From NCBI GenBank assembly GCA_018650285.1, contig JABIGF010000002.1:57991-121990 (forward strand): a stretch of DNA of 64,000 nucleotides. Reading direction: 5' to 3'. Each line of letters starts with the position of its first letter. The first letter of the stretch is position 1. Positions 1-8,942 of this stretch are shown in pieces. This stretch comes from Methanobacteriota archaeon. Its GTDB lineage: Archaea > Thermoplasmatota > Poseidoniia > Poseidoniales > Thalassarchaeaceae. Below the pieces are notes generated by a model that was not told the origin of the DNA, did no database searches, and saw only the letters and a list, made by a program, of their open reading frames with translations. The translations under genes and the position numbers were made by a program.

Positions 1-354
1 TGTAACAGTAAAGACACCACTGTTGTTAGTAACAACAATTTCATTGATAATTATCTCAACTCCTCGATGTTCTCCATGTCGCATCAAATCAGCAGATGTT
101 GAATTTGCAGCGGCATCAACAGCCTCTTGCCAATCTCCTCCGTCAGTTATCAAAGAACTACTTCTATTCTCTATCAACGGTTGCCATACTTCTGAATAGA
201 CATCAGTAACTTGCAACACTTCATCACTACCAATATCATAAGGGTCTCCTAGACTAGCAACAGAAACGCCAAACCAAGCCATTGTTAGAAGCGAGAGCAT
301 GAGGATGATTCCGGTTGCCAACAACATTTGTCCAGATTCATCGGTTTGACGCAT
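1..354 (-). CDS. Type IV pilin-like protein with class III (prepilin-type) signal peptide; C-terminal part lies beyond the window edge
   Basis: Not in the ORF track because it runs off the window. Manual minus-strand translation from the ATG at 352-354, which overlaps the TGA stop of the upstream ORF (ATGA): MRQTDESGQMLLATGIILMLSLLTMAWFGVSVASLGDPYD... This gives a short polar leader, a G|Q putative prepilin-peptidase site and a hydrophobic helix of about 20 aa. Confidence 0.45.
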   Translation of the reverse strand, partial: MRQTDESGQMLLATGIILMLSLLTMAWFGVSVASLGDPYDIGSDEVLQVTDVYSEVWQPLIENRSSSLITDGGDWQEAVDAAANSTSADLMRHGEHRGVEIIINEIVVTNNSGVFTVT

Positions 355-818
355 CAAGCCCCACCCCCTACATACCAAACTTGGAGAGATACTGTCCAAA
401 CATCCCCTCCATCTGTCACTAATCGGTGAGTGCTAATGGTCCGCCCATCCGGAGTGCTTCCTTGCCCATATCTTGCAATATCGCCCTCGTTTTTTGCCAC
501 CCAACAATTACCTTGTACAGGGTCAGGCAGACCTGCAAGAAGGTCATTACAAGTACTATCTAAATCGCCAACTGCAAGACTCTCTGATAATTGATTTGAG
601 TGGTTTAATGAGTCAACTGCAGACACACCCATTTGCTGAATGAATGCATCTTCCGCAGCAATCTGCAACTGACCATCTGATGAAGATGAAACTGGGTCAG
701 GGACTTCTAGTTGAAGAATGAAAGTTGCCGACATGAAAAATAGCCAGAATAGGGTCAACATCTCAAGAACATGGACTTGTCCAAAATTATTTTTTGTTAG
801 CTGGCGCTGTGAGAACAA
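354..818 (-). CDS. Type IV pilin-like protein with class III signal peptide
   Basis: 154 aa. The N-terminus MFSQRQLTKNNFGQVHVLEMLTLFWLFFMSATFILQL has a basic/polar leader, G|Q, then Glu at about +6 and a hydrophobic helix. The rest is a Ser/Asp/Gly-rich globular part with 2 Cys. It sits 4 nt downstream of the platform gene in the same operon. Confidence 0.5.
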   Translation of the reverse strand: MFSQRQLTKNNFGQVHVLEMLTLFWLFFMSATFILQLEVPDPVSSSSDGQLQIAAEDAFIQQMGVSAVDSLNHSNQLSESLAVGDLDSTCNDLLAGLPDPVQGNCWVAKNEGDIARYGQGSTPDGRTISTHRLVTDGGDVWTVSLQVWYVGGGA

Positions 819-822
819 TCAA

Positions 823-2361
823 TCACCCTGGTACGAAAGTGCCCAGAGATGGATTCAATCCCATGTCACCCTGAATACCCAATAGATCGGGCGAGAATGC
901 AACAAAGTTGAAGGCCAATGTTGAGATAATCAGCATAAAACCAGCGTGCTTCATTCCACTTGATAATCTACCTGTAGCCATCAAACCAGCCATGGCACCA
1001 TTACCCAAACCTTGAGCACTAACACCGTAGAAAAAGACAACTAGGAAGAAAAGAGGGTCGATTGCTCTGATAACCATGTTACCAATTTGAGCACTCTCTT
1101 CACCAGAATTTGAGGATGCGATTGCGGGAATGAAAACCTTAGCAAGAACAACAATAACACCTAGGAAAACGAAGTACGATGTCCAAATAACTGCAATATA
1201 CGATGCAATAGCACGTTCTCTTTCACCTTCAAGGAATTTAATTTCTCTACTATCGTTTGCAGCAGTAACAAGAATATCAGAAATTTTACCTCCGGCCTTA
1301 TTCGCTTCACCAATCAAACTGATAGCACGTCTAACTAGTGGTGTACCAACACGTTCAGCAAATAATACAATCACATCTCCAAAGGCTACGCCCCAAGAAA
1401 GTTGTTGAGCCATTCTTTTGACTTCGTCATTGAGGGCTCCATATTCGGAGTTTGCCAAGGTTCTCACCGCTAAAGTCATCGATAGCCCTCCTTTCCAATA
1501 TTCTGCTAAATCACGCAAGAAATCGGGGAATTTCTCTTCCATTGCATTAATTGCTTTCATCTTTTTATCCCAATAAAGCGCACCAGGCAAAGCGATAAGG
1601 ATGAAACCATATCCAAAGAAATTAATGAAAATTAATGGGCGTAAATTCAAAGGGCCAATTTCAAGAGCAGGGCCAATGAATTGATTTTTATTATTCATCC
1701 AATCAGGGATTCCGTCAAGTGTGTCAACTTCAACAGTAAGGGTGAATTCATTTATTCTCGGCAGACCTCTGTCAAACTTCAGCCATACTTCCCAACCTTC
1801 AGCTGGAGCAGCATTACCAATTTCAAGATAGCAACCGTCTTGATTAGTGACTGCGGAAACTGAGTGTTGAGTTCCTAATCCACCGCCCGGAGAGGGTTCC
1901 CAAATAGTCACAGTGAAAGGAAAATCTTCATCCGCTGACGCATCACAAGACATTCTCAGTTCTTGAGGCGGATGAGACAGCGTACCTAATCTTAATTCAT
2001 CGATTCCAGTGACATCAAATTCCATCCCCAATCCTGGAGCCTTTACATTGTCCCACTCAATCAACAAAGTTTGTGTTGCTGCCCTCTCACGAGTAAAGAA
2101 ACATGTTTCATTTTCAGAATAATCAGGAATTGCTAGGTTGGCATCAAATCCACATGCTGTGTTAATGAATACTGGGTTGCCATTGGCTGGAGCAGGAGCA
2201 AGAACACCAAACACTAGTGCAGCATTTGTTGCCCAAAAACCTAGACAAAGAATACCGAGGAATGCACCGGTAATAGTAATCACAAGAAAGTTTCTTCGAG
2301 TATTATCGTTCTTCGGAAGATTGAGGTCCACGCGAATTTTTTTCTTGCCTTTTCGTGCCAT
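823..2361 (-). CDS. Type IV filament platform protein (single T2SSF / TadC-FlaJ-like domain) with a large N-terminal ectodomain
   Basis: 512 aa. Basic N-terminus and TM1 (FLVITITGAFLGILCLGFWA), then about 210 aa of non-hydrophobic Cys-containing sequence, then TM2. A helical T2SSF-like segment follows (FPDFLRDLAEYWKGGLSMTLAVRTLA...GDVIVLFAERVGTPLVRRAISLIGEANKAGGKISDIL), then C-terminal TM helices. Confidence 0.65.
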   Translation of the reverse strand: MARKGKKKIRVDLNLPKNDNTRRNFLVITITGAFLGILCLGFWATNAALVFGVLAPAPANGNPVFINTACGFDANLAIPDYSENETCFFTRERAATQTLLIEWDNVKAPGLGMEFDVTGIDELRLGTLSHPPQELRMSCDASADEDFPFTVTIWEPSPGGGLGTQHSVSAVTNQDGCYLEIGNAAPAEGWEVWLKFDRGLPRINEFTLTVEVDTLDGIPDWMNNKNQFIGPALEIGPLNLRPLIFINFFGYGFILIALPGALYWDKKMKAINAMEEKFPDFLRDLAEYWKGGLSMTLAVRTLANSEYGALNDEVKRMAQQLSWGVAFGDVIVLFAERVGTPLVRRAISLIGEANKAGGKISDILVTAANDSREIKFLEGERERAIASYIAVIWTSYFVFLGVIVVLAKVFIPAIASSNSGEESAQIGNMVIRAIDPLFFLVVFFYGVSAQGLGNGAMAGLMATGRLSSGMKHAGFMLIISTLAFNFVAFSPDLLGIQGDMGLNPSLGTFVPG

Positions 2362-2376
2362 TTTTCACCCCCCCAA

Positions 2377-3474
2377 TCACATTTCCATCTCTTTACTCAT
2401 CATCCAGACAAGGATGCTGTAAGCAATATGAATTACCGGTAAAACACCAAGCACAACAAGATAAACCATTCCTTCAGAAAGTTCTGAACCGGCACCTGAA
2501 ACCCAGAACATAATGACAAGCATGACGATTAGGAAAAGTGGCATCGCAACAGCAACCACAACATATGATTCCGCCATCATTGCTAATGTTTCCAAGAACA
2601 CACCTAGTCGTATTCGGTTCTCACGCATGTAGTGCTCCGCTCTGTTAAGGAAGTAAATTTTCAAATTACCACCAGACGATAGAGTTCCAACCATACCTTG
2701 GAAAAATTCTGAAACCCATGGAGAAGCTGCTCGCCCGACTGAAAGTTTGATGGCAGTAACTAAATCCATTCCAAGCAGAGTAATATCTCGATAGATCATT
2801 GCTGAATCATAAGCAATGTCGCCATAAATATCTTCATTTAATGCTAGAGATTTGAAAATATTTGCAGGTGTTGCATTTGCAGCAGACATTGCTGCAGTGT
2901 AAGATGCTGCATATGGAAGATACTTCTCCAACGCTTCTGAACGCTCTTTCTTCTTACGTGTTGCAGCACCCAAAAAGTGCTTGTATGCATAATATGGGCC
3001 GAAAAAACCGCATATTGCCATCACACCATATCGAGCAAATCCTGGGACCACTTTGGTCTCATATGCTGGGCAACCACCATAGGCAACCCGAACACCATCT
3101 GGACCTTCACCGCCCCAGTTTAAATTTGGGTTGACATCATTCGGATGCCAAAACGCCCAATCAATACAAGGATAAACTGTTTCAGGGTTTTGCATATTTT
3201 CATATAACGCAAAACCACCAATTTCAGGTAGCATCAGTAATACCAGTGCACCGATGAAAATGACGAAAGATGCTGCTGTTGACATTATTGCTGTAGCCTT
3301 GTATACTTCAGGCATAATTCGGATGTCGGCTTGAAGCAAAGTTTTCTGCAACTCAACATCTTCTCTAACTTTCTTTCGAATCATCCTTCCTAAGAATAGA
3401 TTTGAGAAACGTTGCCAGCCAGTAAGAATCATACCATCAAAGCGGGTTTTGGGCTCCTCCGGCTCTTTTGCCAC
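2377..3474 (-). CDS. Type IV filament platform protein (single T2SSF / TadB-FlaJ-like domain)
   Basis: 365 aa. TM helix, then a Cys-containing loop of about 60 aa. A T2SSF-like helical region follows (LEKYLPYAASYTAAMSAANATPANIFKSLA...IYRDITLLGMDLVTAIKLSVGRAASPWVSEFFQGMVGTLSSGGNL), then 3 C-terminal TM helices. It starts 14 nt downstream of the ATPase gene. Confidence 0.65.
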   Translation of the reverse strand: MAKEPEEPKTRFDGMILTGWQRFSNLFLGRMIRKKVREDVELQKTLLQADIRIMPEVYKATAIMSTAASFVIFIGALVLLMLPEIGGFALYENMQNPETVYPCIDWAFWHPNDVNPNLNWGGEGPDGVRVAYGGCPAYETKVVPGFARYGVMAICGFFGPYYAYKHFLGAATRKKKERSEALEKYLPYAASYTAAMSAANATPANIFKSLALNEDIYGDIAYDSAMIYRDITLLGMDLVTAIKLSVGRAASPWVSEFFQGMVGTLSSGGNLKIYFLNRAEHYMRENRIRLGVFLETLAMMAESYVVVAVAMPLFLIVMLVIMFWVSGAGSELSEGMVYLVVLGVLPVIHIAYSILVWMMSKEMEM

Positions 3475-3488
3475 TCGTCACACCATCC

Positions 3489-5021
3489 CTACTGGAGACC
3501 ATCAACTCTTGCAAGTACTGCTTGAGGACGGACATAATATTCCGTGATAATTTGGGCCACTTGGTCAGATTTGCGAATATCGTTCAATACCATCCAATCC
3601 AAAATTCGCTTTCTGGTTCGTAATTCATCTCGCATTTTTTCTTGTGAATAATTAATTTTAACCATGATTTTCTCAAGGACGTAGGATTTCCCTGAGAAGT
3701 CGAAGTCGTCTCTTGAGGGGTCCCACTTGAACACTTCATTGGTAATTACTTCCAAACTGTGGGGGTCAACACCTACAATCTCAACAATCTGTTTTGAACG
3801 CCTAACACGACGACCATTGATACGAGTCTGAATTTGAATAACACAAGCTTCCAATGCTGGAAGAAGAACACGAGGGATATCAATCGGCTTATTCTCTAAT
3901 CTGTGAACCAATGATGGAACAGAGTCTGCGTGAACAGTTGAATATGAACAGTGTCCTGTTGCCATTGCTTGGAACAAAACATATGCTTCAGCACCACGAA
4001 TCTCACCTACAATAATGTATTCCGGTCGCTCTCTTAGAGCCGCCTTCAATAGTTCGAATTCTCCAATCACACCATCATCAGATTCACCACCAAAACCTTG
4101 ACGAGTTAATCCAGGAATCCAATTTGGTTGAGGGATGTTTACTTCACGAGTTGATTCAATACTAACGATTTTCATCTGCCACGGAATAAACAGTGCCATT
4201 GCATTGAGAGTGGTAGTTTTGCCCGATGCCGTACCACCGACGAACAGCATAGAGATGCCTTGCTGGAAACAAATCCACAAGTATGCAACCATTAATGATG
4301 TCATAGTTCTGAAAGCAACAATATCACAAGGTGAAAACGGATCTTCACGGAATCTACGAATACAGAACGTTGAACCTTTAGTTGAAATCTCATAACCTAA
4401 CTTCATGACAATTCTTGAACCATCCATCAAGGTTGCGTCAAGCAAAGGTTCCGCAACAGAAATATGTTTACCACAGCGTTGTGCCAATTTGATAACATAT
4501 GATTCAAGTTCTTCGTCAGTAGGCCAAAGAATTGATGTTTCTACCGACTCAAACTTACGATGGTATGCGAAAATTGGGATTCCTGTACCATCTAAAGAAA
4601 CGTCCTCAACATTTGCATCGTTCATCAGAACATCCATGCGACCATAACCAATCAAATCACGCTTAAGGTAGTAAAAAATCTTCGAGCGAGATTTCTTAGT
4701 GATTTTCAACCCATAGGATTTGATGATCTGGTCCATTGCTGCTCTCAAATATCCATCGGGGTCGGTATCAATTTCTTCAATATCTGCTGTCAATGACTTG
4801 ACAAAAATGTCCATTATTTCCTCGAATTGAGCCTGCTCTTTTTTGTTCATGGGCGGTTCTATCGCTTGATACATGATGTTCAATGTTCTCAAGTCACGAA
4901 CTACTCGAGCAAAAGCATGTGGAGGCACAACTGGATATTTGTCCAACTCTTCATATTGCACTTGTTGGCGCTTTTTCCGTTGCCTTTCAGGTCGTCCACG
5001 TCCTTTTCGTGCCATGTCCAA
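3489..5021 (-). CDS. FlaI/PilB/TadA-type secretion (type IV filament assembly) ATPase
   Basis: 510 aa. Walker A GGTASGKTTTLNAM, SIESTREV, Walker B region RPEYIIVGEIRGAEA, His box QAMATGHCSYSTVHA. Basic N-terminal extension as in archaeal FlaI-like ATPases. Confidence 0.85.
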   Translation of the reverse strand: MDMARKGRGRPERQRKKRQQVQYEELDKYPVVPPHAFARVVRDLRTLNIMYQAIEPPMNKKEQAQFEEIMDIFVKSLTADIEEIDTDPDGYLRAAMDQIIKSYGLKITKKSRSKIFYYLKRDLIGYGRMDVLMNDANVEDVSLDGTGIPIFAYHRKFESVETSILWPTDEELESYVIKLAQRCGKHISVAEPLLDATLMDGSRIVMKLGYEISTKGSTFCIRRFREDPFSPCDIVAFRTMTSLMVAYLWICFQQGISMLFVGGTASGKTTTLNAMALFIPWQMKIVSIESTREVNIPQPNWIPGLTRQGFGGESDDGVIGEFELLKAALRERPEYIIVGEIRGAEAYVLFQAMATGHCSYSTVHADSVPSLVHRLENKPIDIPRVLLPALEACVIQIQTRINGRRVRRSKQIVEIVGVDPHSLEVITNEVFKWDPSRDDFDFSGKSYVLEKIMVKINYSQEKMRDELRTRKRILDWMVLNDIRKSDQVAQIITEYYVRPQAVLARVDGLQ

Positions 5022-5057
5022 ACCTCCGGCTCCGCTTATGCGACCGTTCTCGTTTGA

Positions 5058-5076
5058 CTATAACCTTTGGTTATAG
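5058..5076. promoter_or_regulatory. Perfect dyad CTATAACC-TTT-GGTTATAG, either upstream of the filament operon or acting as a hairpin downstream of the kinase-like gene
   Basis: 8 bp arms with a 3 nt spacer, read directly. It lies about 40 nt upstream of the ATPase start (5021) and about 32 nt downstream of the stop of the 5108..5662 gene. It carries TATAA on both strands. Operator, TATA element and terminator hairpin cannot be told apart from sequence alone. Confidence 0.25.
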
Positions 5077-5107
5077 GAAAGGGCTCAATCGCATAGTATG
5101 AGAATAT

Positions 5108-5662
5108 TCACGAATTAACGTTCGATTCTAACCAAGCATCAAAGCGCTCATGGGCGTCCTCAATACTGCCTTCATTGATAATTGAATCATCGGCAATTTC
5201 AATCAGTGTTTCCATACCCCATTCTAACTCGCGCTGCTCTCTGATTTCAAAATCATCACCATCACCATCTTCACCACGGCCTCGTCCAATTATTCGCTGA
5301 CAACGAATTTCACGATTGGCTAGAATTGCCAACAAAGAAATATTCTCTATTCGTTCAGAAAAGTAAGTGTATTCCGAAAGTGAACGGATGCCATCAATAA
5401 TGACTAGAGGTTCTATTTCTAATTCTTCAAGAATTGAAGAAAGAATGCGTTCTGCAATAACTTCTTCACCAAATAACTGACGTAAATTTAGGGCGATGCG
5501 CCCGACATTTTCTGGTGTTTCTCGTAAGCCTCTCAGGGATACTTCTTGACGTACAATATCGCCCATAGATTTGATTGGGATTGCTCGTTCACTGGCTTTC
5601 TCACAAAAGATTCCCTTTCCACTTCCAGGCAAACCGCAAAGTGCAACAACAACCCCCATCAT
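5108..5662 (-). CDS. P-loop nucleotide/nucleoside kinase-fold protein (UPF0200 / CoaE-dNMP kinase-like), function unknown
   Basis: 184 aa. P-loop CGLPGSGKG at the N-terminus, IIDGIRS...E, RGRGEDGD lid-like segment. Paralogous architecture to 29721..30269. Confidence 0.55.
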   Translation of the reverse strand: MMGVVVALCGLPGSGKGIFCEKASERAIPIKSMGDIVRQEVSLRGLRETPENVGRIALNLRQLFGEEVIAERILSSILEELEIEPLVIIDGIRSLSEYTYFSERIENISLLAILANREIRCQRIIGRGRGEDGDGDDFEIREQRELEWGMETLIEIADDSIINEGSIEDAHERFDAWLESNVNS

Positions 5663-5698
5663 TCACTCGAGATAGCCATAGGCCATCAAACTGGTGCA

Positions 5699-7315
5699 TC
5701 AATTCTCAAATGGGCGGCGGCCCCATCTTCTATCAAGCATCATCAAAAATGCGAGTCCTAGAATTATTAATCCCGCGCTAACTGCTAAAATGCCACGCAA
5801 TCCTTGTCCTGCTGAATCATCTTCAACAAGAACTGCAGTTGTTGCATTCAATCCTTGTTCTGAAACCATTTGGCCCCAATTTTCGTAAATCGTCATGTCA
5901 CCTTGAGTAAATGAAATGAGGAATAATGAAAGAAGTGGAATGATTGTACCAACATAAAACCAACTCATTATTGAAATATCAAAAATTGCTTTGTTGGGCC
6001 TAGGACCCATCAATAGCGCAGTCAAACTGACAATGTAAATTGAATTTGCAATCATCACAATTAGTGCAGCAGGTAGCGCCCATACTTGGTCAAGAACCTT
6101 AGCCATCACAAACAAAAATATGATTGATATCCAAGTGGTAATTAAGAAATAAACAACGATTTTCGCTCGCAACAATTGAGGTAAGGAAACGGGAAACCCA
6201 TTCAAGAAATCAGGAGAGTCCATACCATTCAACCAGGAATAGAATTGAAAACCAAAGAAACCTAAAAATGGGGCATATGACAACAAATTGAATGGTATTG
6301 GAAAAGAAGCAAAATCAACTAACCAAGCAAGTAATAGCAAGAATAGTAGAGGTACTGTGTAAGATATCAACATCTTTACTAGTGTATTTGAACGCCATAG
6401 ATCAACCAAATCTTTGGCCACTAATAGCCGCAACATACCATTCCCTAAAAATGGTAATTTGTCATAAACTGGTGTAAGCAATTCACTCTTTGCTGATACT
6501 TGAATCTCAAAATCATCAGGCACAAGAAATGCCCCCCCATAAGCGAGCAGAAATGAGATAGGAATGGTGACGACTGGAATCCAGTGATAATGTGTAAACT
6601 GATACATCATCCCTGGAATTATCATTTTGATATCAACGAAATCCAATGCGGCACCTAAACCAATTGAAATGCCAATTGCGGGAATAATATAGGACCATTT
6701 TCCTCCACGGCTGAATAATGCTGAAGCGATAAATGAGAGGGCCAATCCTTGAGTTAGTGTAGTAGTAAGTGCAACGAGTACTACTGGTAGTGAACCCCAC
6801 ATAAGGGGAGTGGATAAGCCAAAAAATTGCTCAAGCAACAAGCCTCCTGCCATCCCAAGTACTGCTGGAGTAAGTAGCATCAAAACATAGTATGAAACCT
6901 CTTTTGAGTAATATGCGAAGTAATTTGTCACCAAATCAAGAGGCTGAACAGCAGGTATTGCGAGTAAGTAATTCTTCCCACCTGCTCGTTGTGACACCAT
7001 CACTCTGCCAATGAAAGCAAACGAACCCATTGAAAGTGAGAAAGCGAAAATGCCCCCGTGCATATACAATTTCAATTGGTCCCAAGAAAATGCTTGTTGT
7101 TCTGTTTCAGTAGAAATTAATACTTCACCAGTAAGGTATCTCAAACCGACTGTTACAATCATTGACAAGAAGGCTAGCATTACAGGAAAGAGAGCAATAT
7201 GTCGCTTCTTTGCAAAGTCAACGTTTTGTCGCCATTCTTCTTTAAACATCATACGAAATGTGACCCAAAAAGAATCAACAAGTAGAGGTGGAGAGTAAGT
7301 CGTGAGCACGCTCAC
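5699..7315 (-). CDS. Polytopic membrane protein, probable ABC exporter permease partner
   Basis: 538 aa, hydrophobic throughout with more than 10 predicted TM segments. Its GTG start overlaps the stop of the upstream ABC ATPase gene (GTGA), which implies translational coupling. Confidence 0.5.
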   Translation of the reverse strand: MSVLTTYSPPLLVDSFWVTFRMMFKEEWRQNVDFAKKRHIALFPVMLAFLSMIVTVGLRYLTGEVLISTETEQQAFSWDQLKLYMHGGIFAFSLSMGSFAFIGRVMVSQRAGGKNYLLAIPAVQPLDLVTNYFAYYSKEVSYYVLMLLTPAVLGMAGGLLLEQFFGLSTPLMWGSLPVVLVALTTTLTQGLALSFIASALFSRGGKWSYIIPAIGISIGLGAALDFVDIKMIIPGMMYQFTHYHWIPVVTIPISFLLAYGGAFLVPDDFEIQVSAKSELLTPVYDKLPFLGNGMLRLLVAKDLVDLWRSNTLVKMLISYTVPLLFLLLLAWLVDFASFPIPFNLLSYAPFLGFFGFQFYSWLNGMDSPDFLNGFPVSLPQLLRAKIVVYFLITTWISIIFLFVMAKVLDQVWALPAALIVMIANSIYIVSLTALLMGPRPNKAIFDISIMSWFYVGTIIPLLSLFLISFTQGDMTIYENWGQMVSEQGLNATTAVLVEDDSAGQGLRGILAVSAGLIILGLAFLMMLDRRWGRRPFEN

Positions 7316-8115
7316 TCCTCCTCAGTCCCATCTAAAGCCTCAATTTCTTCAAAAGATGTGCCAACTAGTCTGATAAATACATCCTCAAGTGTTTCATCTG
7401 GATTGTTCTTTAATTCGTCAACAGTTCCCGCTGCTAATACATGGCCACGGTCAATTACAGCTACCCGAGTACACAATCTTTCAGCAACTTCTAAGATATG
7501 AGTGCAGAGAAATATTGTGCCACCTTTCCCTACCATCTCCATCAACAATTCACGGCATTTGCGTTGATAGATTGGGTCAAGATTGACAAAAGGCTCATCC
7601 AAAAACATCAGTTTCGGGTCATGAATAAAAGCACCTGCAAGCATCACTTTTTGGCGCTGCCCCTTTGAGAGATCTTTGCATAGTGTATTTCTCTTATCGG
7701 GTATTCCAAACCAGTTCAACCAGTGGGTCACCTTACCCTCAATATCCTCTAAATTACGAAGACGTGCCACAAATTCAAGGTACTCTGCTGCGGTTAGAAA
7801 TGAAGGTGGACTTTCTGATTCAGGAACAATTCCTACGTTTGCCTTGACCGTACGTGGGTCTGCTCTAACATTGATTCCAAGTACCCTTGCCCCACCCATT
7901 GTAGGCCTCAATTGACCTGTTAAGAGTTTGATGAATGTTGATTTGCCAGCCCCATTAGGTCCAAACACACCGAAAAACTCGCCTGATGCTACTTTGACAT
8001 TTAGTGGATGAAGAGCAACGAAGTCGCCAAATGCCTTGCCGAGGTCTTTTGCTTCAACTAACATCTCGTCATTGTCAGACATGCGCAAACACCTCTTCTT
8101 CAGCAACCCTTCCAC
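7312..8115 (-). CDS. ABC transporter ATP-binding protein
   Basis: Walker A GPNGAGKST, signature LSKGQRQKV, Walker B LMFLDEP, H-loop CTH. The likely true start is M12 (8082), which removes the overlap with the crotonase gene. Ends ...DGTEEE. Confidence 0.9.
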   Translation of the reverse strand: MEGLLKKRCLRMSDNDEMLVEAKDLGKAFGDFVALHPLNVKVASGEFFGVFGPNGAGKSTFIKLLTGQLRPTMGGARVLGINVRADPRTVKANVGIVPESESPPSFLTAAEYLEFVARLRNLEDIEGKVTHWLNWFGIPDKRNTLCKDLSKGQRQKVMLAGAFIHDPKLMFLDEPFVNLDPIYQRKCRELLMEMVGKGGTIFLCTHILEVAERLCTRVAVIDRGHVLAAGTVDELKNNPDETLEDVFIRLVGTSFEEIEALDGTEEE

Positions 8116-8942
8116 TCGGGTTTTTCTCGATTGATGAAAGCATTGACACCAATTTCTTTGTCATCGGTATCAAAAAGTGCGCAGAATTCATCTCGCTCAA
8201 TTTTCACACCATCCTCCAAACCATGGTCTAATGCTGCCCTTACGGCTCGCTTTGCAACCTTAATCGTGTGTGGCGATTTATTTGCCAATACCATTGCTAA
8301 TTCCATTGTCGTATCATACAATTCTTCTGGTTCACAAAGCCGATTTACTAATCCAATTCTATATGCTTCAACAGCAGGAACCATTTCGCCTGTCATCACC
8401 ATTTCCATTGCTTTACCGTAACCCAAAAGACGGGTTAAACGCTGTGTCCCACCTCCACCTGGGATTAATCCAAGATTGATTTCAGGGGTTCCAAAGTTAG
8501 AACGGTTCGTTGCGATTCTCATATCACAAGAAAGTGCTATTTCACTACCGCCACCAAGAGCAAAACCATCAATTGAAGCGACTGTTGGCATTGATAAATT
8601 CCAAATCGCTTCCCATGCATTATTCTCAAATATTGGGCGTATTTCTGATGAATCCTTGCCTACGAACTCTGTAATGTCAGCTCCAGCAACAAATGCTGCC
8701 GGCTTTTGTCGCTTGCCTTCTAGTGCAGGTCCAGCAGCCGCGCCACGGATAACTACAACTCGAACATCATTGTCTGATTCTGCTGCACTACATGCATTAT
8801 TCAAAGCAGCAACAACTTCACTATTCAGGGCATTCAACTTGTCTGCTCTATTAATTGTCCAAATTTCAACAACACCGCCTGCGGGTGAAGAATCTTCAAC
8901 TTCGATTCTCTCAATCAGTAAAGAGGCTGACATTTTATCCAC
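8100..8942 (-). CDS. Enoyl-CoA hydratase/isomerase (crotonase) family protein
   Basis: 280 aa. Crotonase hallmarks FVAGADI, GFALGGGSEIALSCDMRIA, PEINLGLIPGGGGTQRL. Confidence 0.85.
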   Translation of the reverse strand: MDKMSASLLIERIEVEDSSPAGGVVEIWTINRADKLNALNSEVVAALNNACSAAESDNDVRVVVIRGAAAGPALEGKRQKPAAFVAGADITEFVGKDSSEIRPIFENNAWEAIWNLSMPTVASIDGFALGGGSEIALSCDMRIATNRSNFGTPEINLGLIPGGGGTQRLTRLLGYGKAMEMVMTGEMVPAVEAYRIGLVNRLCEPEELYDTTMELAMVLANKSPHTIKVAKRAVRAALDHGLEDGVKIERDEFCALFDTDDKEIGVNAFINREKPEWKGC

